Origin: Candidatus Pacearchaeota archaeon
Lineage (GTDB): Archaea > Nanobdellota > Nanobdellia > Pacearchaeales > GW2011-AR1
Direction of reading: 5' to 3'
Assembly: GCA_964202455.1 (NCBI GenBank)
Contig: CAXNIJ010000001.1
Coordinates: forward strand, 46,080 to 110,079
DNA length: 64,000 bases
Program-made: the position numbers and the translations under genes
The notes under the pieces: model-generated
The model's input: only the letters and a program-made list of their open reading frames with translations
The model's database searches: none
What the model was told of the DNA's origin: nothing
Shown here: positions 57,071 to 64,000 of the stretch, piece after piece
How the letters are laid out: each line of letters starts with the position of its first letter
Numbering within the stretch: position 1 is the first letter of the stretch

Positions 57071-58411
57071 TTAAATTTCTTCAATTCCAATTATATGCAT
57101 ATCTTCCATTTTTTTGCTAGAATTTTTTCTAAAGTGCTCTAAAAATGCCCTGGCGCTTGGAGCAGTCTTCACATAAGTATGCAAAAATCCATTTTTTTCA
57201 AAAACTTGTTTATGACATTTGCGAAATGCTTTAGCATGTTTTGCAAGGTTCACTGGAGGCCCAATCTCAACAATCTCTTTTTTTGCCTTTACAATGTAAA
57301 ATACTTCGGCATTTTCTTTTTCGTTATATTGAAAAATATGACTAAAAACATCGAATTCTTTAGTCAGTTCATTACCAAAAAAAGTAAAGAATTTTTTTAA
57401 TTTAGTACCTGCAATATCTCCTGCTTGTTTATCTGTTTTAAAGTTCAGATGGAGAATTTCAGCTTTCTTTTTATGTGCAATATTATCAAAAGATTTTCGG
57501 CTCACCGGATGAAATACAAAATCCGACTTTCGAGGGTGAGCAAGAAATTCTCTCGCAGCTTTCTGAAACACTTCAAAACTTTCTTTACTTAGTGCTGCAA
57601 GGGCATTACGTTCTCTCCAAGTAGGGTCTATAAGAACTATTGGACTCATAAGTTTACTTTCATTCATTAAAATCAAAGGACTCTCTTTTTTACTATATTG
57701 TTTCTCCAAATCAATAATCATACGATCTTTAACTTTCACAAGTGATCTAAGCATTTTCAAAAAAGAGCCATAATGGGCAATTAAACATTCAAGGGCATAT
57801 CCAGAAAATCCTTGAATATAACTTTCTGCTCCGTAAACTCCATGCGCCCTACAAAATGTTTTTGCCAACGCAACTTCCCCGTTAAATTGCTTTTGCTTCT
57901 TTGCAAATTTTTTAAAATATTTAACATGAAAATAACTTAAATCAGTAACATTTCTAGATTCACGAGGGTGTTTAATAGATAAAACAGGTATAATTTCAAA
58001 AGTTAATGAATCTGAAAAAATAACCTTAAAATAATCCCTACTTCCATGAATCTTTTCAACAACTTGATTTTTTCTCTTTCCAAAAGAAGAATTAACTATC
58101 TTTTCAAGAATTGAAGAAAGATCCCCATATCGCCAGTCAAATCTAACATAAATATCAATATCATGAATATCTTTCTTTACCATAGTTCTTTTTGCAAAAC
58201 TCCCTCCCAAAAAGACTTCCGCCCCAATTTTCTTTTTTTTAATTACCGATTCAAGTTTATCAACTATCTCTCTTCCTTTTTCTTCAAGAGTAGAATAATC
58301 TTCTTCACTAGGGGCATAGTCAAGACTTTTCAAAAAACTAGCCACATTTCCTGTATGGACTTCATTGTCCAGTATTCCTTCAAACAAGCCCAGCACTCTT
58401 TTAAACTGCAT
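57071..58411 (-). CDS. cca: Archaeal class I CCA-adding enzyme (tRNA nucleotidyltransferase)
   Basis: GGSFAKRTMVKKDIHDIDIYVRF nucleotidyltransferase motif; HGVYGAESYIQGFSGYALE; 446 aa. Confidence 0.9.
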   Translation of the reverse strand: MQFKRVLGLFEGILDNEVHTGNVASFLKSLDYAPSEEDYSTLEEKGREIVDKLESVIKKKKIGAEVFLGGSFAKRTMVKKDIHDIDIYVRFDWRYGDLSSILEKIVNSSFGKRKNQVVEKIHGSRDYFKVIFSDSLTFEIIPVLSIKHPRESRNVTDLSYFHVKYFKKFAKKQKQFNGEVALAKTFCRAHGVYGAESYIQGFSGYALECLIAHYGSFLKMLRSLVKVKDRMIIDLEKQYSKKESPLILMNESKLMSPIVLIDPTWRERNALAALSKESFEVFQKAAREFLAHPRKSDFVFHPVSRKSFDNIAHKKKAEILHLNFKTDKQAGDIAGTKLKKFFTFFGNELTKEFDVFSHIFQYNEKENAEVFYIVKAKKEIVEIGPPVNLAKHAKAFRKCHKQVFEKNGFLHTYVKTAPSARAFLEHFRKNSSKKMEDMHIIGIEEI

Positions 58412-58435
58412 AATTAAAAAAAGCCAACTAGATAT

Positions 58436-58849
58436 TTAAACTCTAGCCTCTCCACTTTTTCGGTTTCCAAAATATGAACTTAAATCAACAATGTACTTCC
58501 CATCTTCAAGTTGATAAACTCTAGGTTTTTCTTTAGAAAGTAACTTTTGCAAGTCAAGAAGATATTTTCCGGGTTTAAGAACACGCACACTTTCAAAATC
58601 AAGGAAAACTGGAGTTTCTTCATCAACAACTCCAGTAATATCTCTAATGTCTTCTTCAATCTGTTTCTTTTCAGTCAGGCTTAGATCTAGCAAACTATTC
58701 TCTTCAGCAGATTTTTCTTCATTCATCTGTTTAAGCTTTTCTTCTTTAATGTAAAAAAAGAATTTGCTTTTACATTTAGCGCATCCTTCTAAGACTTCTT
58801 GTGCAGCATCAACGTATGTTGCAGAGCAGTGAACACATTTATAGGGCAT
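58436..58849 (-). CDS. Zn-ribbon protein (DUF2072-like)
   Basis: CVHCS...CAKCKS N-terminal zinc ribbon. The Zn-ribbon / DUF2073-like / small GTPase arrangement (58436-60611) resembles a conserved archaeal gene set. Confidence 0.4.
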   Translation of the reverse strand: MPYKCVHCSATYVDAAQEVLEGCAKCKSKFFFYIKEEKLKQMNEEKSAEENSLLDLSLTEKKQIEEDIRDITGVVDEETPVFLDFESVRVLKPGKYLLDLQKLLSKEKPRVYQLEDGKYIVDLSSYFGNRKSGEARV

Positions 58850-58908
58850 AATAAAAAAAACTCTATCAAGTTAATAAAGTTTTATATACTCTCAAAATAT
58901 CATTTATT

Positions 58909-59526
58909 ATGAGCGAAGAGGAATTAGATAATTCTCCAAAAGTTGAATCATTTCCAGAACCTTCTTCAAAACCAATAAATGCAACTTCTTCTAAAAATAA
59001 TTTTCTGATTATTGGAATTATAGCACTTTTTTTAATTTTACTAATAATTTTACTAATTTATCTATTTTCAAGCAATTCTAATACCGATTCATCATCAAGC
59101 ACTTCACAAAGAACTACGGGCCTCTTTGGGAAACAATCAGCATATTTAAACCCGCAGCAAGTATTCTTAGAATATCGTTCAGAAATGCAAAAAACAAAAA
59201 CTCTAGAGGATTTATATCAGGTAAGCCTCAAATATGGAGATAAAGAGAGTGTAAAGAAATATCAAGCAGATAAAGAAAAAATGGATACTTCTTCAATTAT
59301 AACAAAACAAGCAGTTTATGAAATGATTATTAATTTAATACCTAAAATAAGTGAAATAGACATGGCCAATATTAAAGAAGAGAAAAATTCTACTTCATCA
59401 ACATTAACACTCAATACTAAAGATGGTAAAAGCTCTGGAACAGTAAGTATGATAAAAGAGGACAATGCCTGGAAAATCTCTAAAGAATCTTGGAAATATT
59501 CAGGGAATTTTGCAAACAAGAATTAA
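58909..59526 (+). CDS. Membrane-anchored hypothetical protein
   Basis: One TM helix (IIGIIALFLILLIILLIYLF) then a soluble domain. Confidence 0.35.
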   Translation: MSEEELDNSPKVESFPEPSSKPINATSSKNNFLIIGIIALFLILLIILLIYLFSSNSNTDSSSSTSQRTTGLFGKQSAYLNPQQVFLEYRSEMQKTKTLEDLYQVSLKYGDKESVKKYQADKEKMDTSSIITKQAVYEMIINLIPKISEIDMANIKEEKNSTSSTLTLNTKDGKSSGTVSMIKEDNAWKISKESWKYSGNFANKN

Positions 59527-59589
59527 ATATTCTGGATAGCAGTAAAACTTAATTTTTGATGAGCCAAAATTTATCTTCAAGAAAATAAT

Positions 59590-59973
59590 TTACTTAAACA
59601 GTAATTCAACTTTCTTAGGGTCTCTCTTAATTTCTTTAACAACAGTAGACGGACCAATGACTGTGAGGGCACTGCTATCTCCCACAAGACGTCTAGCAAT
59701 GTTATATCTCAACTTCACAAAAATAGGCTTTCCACGTAAATCAGGTTCAATAACTGCTAGTTCAATACCTTTAAAGTCTTTAATATGTCCGACAAGAGCC
59801 ATAGTATCTTCAATTAGTCTAGCCTCTTCTTCAGCACGAAGTCTACCATGAACAATAACTATCTTATTACTTAATATCAAACTTAATATCTTTTTCACTC
59901 TTTCAGAAATACTTAGTTCTTCTATCTCAGAATAAGGGATTACTTGCATACTAAGTTCACTTATTTTTTTCAT
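59590..59973 (-). CDS. DUF2073-like archaeal protein
   Basis: 127 aa; 4-nt overlap with the upstream GTPase gene. Confidence 0.4.
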   Translation of the reverse strand: MKKISELSMQVIPYSEIEELSISERVKKILSLILSNKIVIVHGRLRAEEEARLIEDTMALVGHIKDFKGIELAVIEPDLRGKPIFVKLRYNIARRLVGDSSALTVIGPSTVVKEIKRDPKKVELLFK

Positions 59974-60611
59974 ACGCTTTTACTAAGTCTAAAAATAGCT
60001 TCGTAAAATTCCTCCATATTTAGACCATCCTTTGCAGATATTCCGACAACTTCATATTCAGGGAAAGCAGTAGAAACTTTTTCAATATCTGCTTTCTTTA
60101 AATCAATCTTATTGGCAACAAGAAGAACAGGTATTTTTCGTGCAACAAGATTTCCTATAATCGTAATATTTACTTGAGAATAAGGGTTTTCGGAGGCATC
60201 TAGTACTACAATAACGGCATCCATATCATCTAGCCACTGAATAGATTCTATAATGCCTTGTGTGGCTTCCTTCGCCCTTCTTTTAGCGTCACCTCTCTTC
60301 ACTCCAAACTTCAAAAACTCTTCATAATCTATCTTTGTAGCAATTCCCGGAGTATCAATAAGTTTGAAAACCAAGGTCTTTCCCTTATGTTTAATTTCAA
60401 CTTTCTCTTTAAATTGCACTTCACGAGTTTCATGAGGTATTTTACTTACTACTCCAATTTCTTCTCCAGTCCAGTCTTTACAGATACGATTTGCGAGGCT
60501 AGTTTTTCCCGCATTCGGCGGACCATAAAATCCAATTTTAATATGCTCTTTTCTTCTAAATATTCCGCGCAATAACCTCTTCGAGAAATTTTTTAAAATT
60601 CGTAACATCAT
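59970..60611 (-). CDS. Small Ras-like GTPase
   Basis: G1 GPPNAGKTSL, G3 DTPG, G4 NKID; 213 aa. Confidence 0.8.
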   Translation of the reverse strand: MMLRILKNFSKRLLRGIFRRKEHIKIGFYGPPNAGKTSLANRICKDWTGEEIGVVSKIPHETREVQFKEKVEIKHKGKTLVFKLIDTPGIATKIDYEEFLKFGVKRGDAKRRAKEATQGIIESIQWLDDMDAVIVVLDASENPYSQVNITIIGNLVARKIPVLLVANKIDLKKADIEKVSTAFPEYEVVGISAKDGLNMEEFYEAIFRLSKSV

Positions 60612-60613
60612 AG

Positions 60614-63310
60614 TTAGAGATTTGGTCTTTTAATAAATCTTGCGTCTACCGTTTCCTGCCGTCTTTTTTCAATTTCTTTGCGAACTTTTCTATTTTCAAA
60701 GAATTTAAATATTGGAATTTCAAGCATTCCAGTACGTTTTCCATCTATCTTTTTGAATGCATAAGTCACTTGTTCATTATTCCATCCACTAAAAGTCAGT
60801 TTCTTTCTAGCATCTCCATCTGTTAATTTCTGAGAACGCGCATTATATATGAAATGCACAACGTTGTACAAATCATCACTATTAGCAAACAAATGAGATT
60901 CATAATGATGCTTATACCATTCTTGCAAAATAATGTATAAAACAAAAAAACCCAAAACTACAAATAAAATACCATATTTTGCAATTCCCCATCTATCATA
61001 TAAATTAGGCGGATCAACTTTTGTTTGAACTAAACCCAAGTATTTGAGTTCAGGAGTTAAATACGCACCTAGTGAAGAAAGTTCAGCACTTTCAGGCAAC
61101 GTAAAAGAGAAAGTAGTGTCGCTAGAAATTGGAATAATTGTTCCCTTACTAGAACCAACACTTATTTCTCTAGCACCTACAGGATTTTCAAACGATATCT
61201 GATCTAATGGAGCATCAAGAACAAAATAAGCATTGCTTGCATTTTCAGCAATTTTAGTAATAGCTATAGTATAAAATGTAACTAGTTCAGTTTCTTCTCC
61301 GCGAGATACAGAAGAATAAATCTCTCTTTTTGCTTGGGCATTATAAGAGTTACCTGTCCAATCTGTCAAGGCTCTTTTAATATTCTCTCCATCTCCTAGC
61401 GATTCTTCAGAAACGCCAGACAAATTTGCAAGATATTTTAAATTGGCATTTATAATTCCAATAAGCAGAGTATCTTCATTAGTCGTAGTTGGAATTACCG
61501 AACTTGGAATATTTAATTTCATAATTCCCTCCACCACAGAAGTATAATTTTCATCACTTATTGCAGAGTCATATAGTTTCTGTAAATTATTTATATTAGA
61601 TTTTAATCCAGTAATATTTATTTTCTTTTCAATTTGTCCCCCTTTCCAGGAAGGCAATTTAGAAACTAAAATGCTCAAATTGTTAATTCTTTGTTGAGTG
61701 TGGGGCAATAATATTTTTGCAGAACTGTTTGCGTTCCCAACTTCAACTATAAAGCTTTTTGTACCAGTTAAACCATCGCTACGAGTAGCAGTTACTTCAA
61801 GAGTAAAATTACCTGCTTTTTTATAAGTATAATACAGGGCTTTCCCTTTAATAGTTTGAATATTTCCATCACCAAATTTCCAAACAGATTGACTCATATT
61901 ATAGTCTCCACCAATATTAAATAAAGTGGATAATCCAATACTTACACTAGAAGGATAAACATCAAAATTAAATCCTGCCTTAATTGAAAGAGGCACCGGT
62001 GCAAATATCTTGTTTGTCCCAGAATATAATACAAAAGAAGTTTCTTTTGTCCCCAGAGGAATTGTAAAATTAGCCGAGTCCAAAGTCAAATTAATTTTCC
62101 CAGAACTTATAGTTGGTTGGACATTCTCCAAACTAAGAAGATTATTATTTGTCAGTGAAGCACCTTTAGAGGTATATTTTAGTTCAGAGATACTAAAACT
62201 AACTTGTTGATTCAAAGCGCTTTTAATAATAAATGGCAAGGCGCAACCATTAGTGCAATTATTTCCATACACTTTGTTCAAATAAGTGTTCACCAAATTA
62301 ATAAGACTCTTTCCAGTCATTAAATTAACAGAACTTTCATTTATCTCAAAACTAGGTTGTGCAAATGTCAATGGCTGTGCAGAAAGAGGATAGTCTCGAG
62401 AAAAAGTTAATGAATTTCTCTGTGAAGTCCCACACACAGGACTGCTTGTTTCAGTAGAGATAGTATAGTTGCTCAGCGTGCCAGGTTTAGAGCCTAAACA
62501 GAGCATATAGCTCTGCTTTGTAGCTCTAGAAGCGTTAACTACACAACTTAGTTCTTCAGTATGTTGCGTATGCTTTGGTAGTATACACGAATCAACTGAG
62601 CCCCAATTTGAATCATATAATGTAAGGGTTAATTCAGAATATGCAATAGTACTATTGGTTACTAAAGCGGAGAGTCGGTAAGCTGGTCCAGCAGGCAAAG
62701 TAATGTTTTCACAATATGGGTTCTGCGCATTACTTGTTATCTCCGCTACTTCAACAGGTACACCAGAAGAAAAACAACCAATTTGTTTAACATCACAAAG
62801 AGTATTAACATATTTAGTATTTATCATAGAAACATTTCCATCGAGTAAGTCAGTACTTAATTGTCCATTACAAGATTGTCCAGCATTACTGCTAACGCCA
62901 AGGCGCAGAGATTGTATTACAATGTCTTCTCCAGACAAATTAAATCCTATAGCTTTAACTTCATTATCTAGCGCAATCGCAGAAGAAAGTGCACTACGGG
63001 CAACCATAGCAGAACTACAATTTTTAGTAGTACAAGAATAATCATTTCCTTCAGTTAATCCATTTCTTTTAAGCCATTCAATTAAAGTCAAAGATCCTCC
63101 AAAATTACTGCTAATATTTAATGCGGGCAGTTCATTAGTAATTTTAATTTGCACATTTCCCTTTATCATGTCTCCTCCACTTATTGAATTATTTTTAACG
63201 AGGATATTTATTCCATCAATACTAGCCAAAACACTTGGAATCATAATTAAAATACTTATTATCAAAACTAGCATTACCCAAATCTCTTTTTCCCTTTCTC
63301 TCTTTTTCAT
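60614..63310 (-). CDS. Large surface (glyco)protein with C-terminal TM anchor
   Basis: 898 aa; N-terminal signal; a PKD-like module (GDGNIQ...YTYKKAGNFTLEVTATRSDG); more than 30 N-x-S/T sequons; C-terminal TM plus a basic tail. Confidence 0.55.
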   Translation of the reverse strand: MKKREREKEIWVMLVLIISILIMIPSVLASIDGINILVKNNSISGGDMIKGNVQIKITNELPALNISSNFGGSLTLIEWLKRNGLTEGNDYSCTTKNCSSAMVARSALSSAIALDNEVKAIGFNLSGEDIVIQSLRLGVSSNAGQSCNGQLSTDLLDGNVSMINTKYVNTLCDVKQIGCFSSGVPVEVAEITSNAQNPYCENITLPAGPAYRLSALVTNSTIAYSELTLTLYDSNWGSVDSCILPKHTQHTEELSCVVNASRATKQSYMLCLGSKPGTLSNYTISTETSSPVCGTSQRNSLTFSRDYPLSAQPLTFAQPSFEINESSVNLMTGKSLINLVNTYLNKVYGNNCTNGCALPFIIKSALNQQVSFSISELKYTSKGASLTNNNLLSLENVQPTISSGKINLTLDSANFTIPLGTKETSFVLYSGTNKIFAPVPLSIKAGFNFDVYPSSVSIGLSTLFNIGGDYNMSQSVWKFGDGNIQTIKGKALYYTYKKAGNFTLEVTATRSDGLTGTKSFIVEVGNANSSAKILLPHTQQRINNLSILVSKLPSWKGGQIEKKINITGLKSNINNLQKLYDSAISDENYTSVVEGIMKLNIPSSVIPTTTNEDTLLIGIINANLKYLANLSGVSEESLGDGENIKRALTDWTGNSYNAQAKREIYSSVSRGEETELVTFYTIAITKIAENASNAYFVLDAPLDQISFENPVGAREISVGSSKGTIIPISSDTTFSFTLPESAELSSLGAYLTPELKYLGLVQTKVDPPNLYDRWGIAKYGILFVVLGFFVLYIILQEWYKHHYESHLFANSDDLYNVVHFIYNARSQKLTDGDARKKLTFSGWNNEQVTYAFKKIDGKRTGMLEIPIFKFFENRKVRKEIEKRRQETVDARFIKRPNL

Positions 63311-63754
63311 TCTCTATGGTGCCTTAGTTTCTTTAAAAATATGCCGTCTTAAGAGTTATCCCTACAAAAATGAATGTTTCTAAACTCGTAAGGATAACTC
63401 GAAAAGAAAAGTGTAAATAGTATCTTCTTTCAATTTTAACTGCCATACTAAAAGAGTAACTTTCTCAGAGGCTATTTTTTCATGGAGAAGTTCGCCGAGT
63501 ACAGGCATTATTCATGAAGAGAAGTTTGAATAATTCCGAGTTTAAGAGGGATTTTCAAACGGAGTCTTCAGAAAACTTTTGGCTTTTGTAAAGTTCTCTG
63601 AAGACTCAAGGTAAGCCGAAAGAATAATAAAGTGTTACAAATTCTCCAACCATAAACTATATATTCTCCATTCACCATATAAAATTGGGCAAATAGCCCA
63701 CATAGGCATAGTAAGATTTATATACTAGTATCACCCTATAGTGACATCAATAAC

Positions 63755-64000
63755 ATGAGAAAAACACCTATGCACAAAGGTCTTGCAACTATGCCTATCT
63801 TAGATTATTCTGAACCTTACAGCCCCTCTATCACTATTGCCTCTAATCTAGACACAGACCGAGTACATCTTCTTCCCTATATATCTCAACTTAACTCTAG
63901 ACCGGTGCAACTTCAACCCTTTTCAGATTTAAGAAATTGGGCAGCCACCCCCTCTAGAAGTCATCTAGATCTTCCTCCTTTCGATTTCTTAGACTTTGAT
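63755..64000 (+). CDS. Possible 5' partial ORF running off the window end
   Basis: ATG at 63755 with no stop through position 64000 (82 codons); GC-richer than the flanks; no motif recognised. Confidence 0.2.
   Translation, partial: MRKTPMHKGLATMPILDYSEPYSPSITIASNLDTDRVHLLPYISQLNSRPVQLQPFSDLRNWAATPSRSHLDLPPFDFLDFD

Noticed and set aside
1-64000. CRISPR array / cas genes
   Set aside because: No regularly spaced 25-40-bp direct repeats with unique spacers were found; the repeat families seen are irregularly spaced promoter/cassette-associated elements.

Overview
AT-rich (about 30% GC) archaeal chromosomal segment, most likely from a small-genome DPANN-type archaeon; the gene content is unambiguously archaeal. 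The core of the window is the classical archaeal origin neighbourhood: Orc1/Cdc6 (14675-15907, -) reads away from a 420-bp AT-rich intergenic region that carries two ORB-like boxes (TTCATTTCCACTG) and a heptamer tandem repeat (a presumed oriC). Downstream of cdc6 sit PolD small (DP1) and large (DP2) subunits, with no inteins. Other housekeeping genes include an lhr-mpe helicase/phosphoesterase operon, mre11-rad50, proteasome beta followed by aCPSF1/FttA, ArgRS, CCA-adding enzyme, FKBP, M16 peptidase, DRG GTPase, a MutS2-like ATPase, a presenilin/SPP homologue, a TrmB regulator, an intron-containing tRNA-Thr(CGU) and a GC-rich SRP RNA that the ORF track misses. Two accessory regions stand out. 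The first (about 21.2-29.7 kb) is a cassette-like array of small genes: three toxin-antitoxin pairs that share one antitoxin family but carry different toxins (ParE/RelE-like, MazF, RelE), a Doc-RHH pair, and several unknowns. The cassettes are separated by a conserved intercassette repeat of about 40 bp (TTAAAWC...GTTTAA inverted ends), a GC-rich twin-hairpin element and a recurring 12-bp palindrome AAACAGCTGTTT. An iteron-like CTCACTTTTGG array flanked by wHTH regulators lies at the left edge of this region. The second (about 37.1-47.5 kb) is a surface/pilus locus: three proteins with archaeal class III (prepilin) signal peptides, one of them a 2279-aa pilin-headed adhesin built from about 20 Ig-like repeats. 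Additional points are two families of structured non-coding repeats present twice each, an in-frame TAA interrupting a nitroreductase, and a second divergent proteasome-like Ntn hydrolase.
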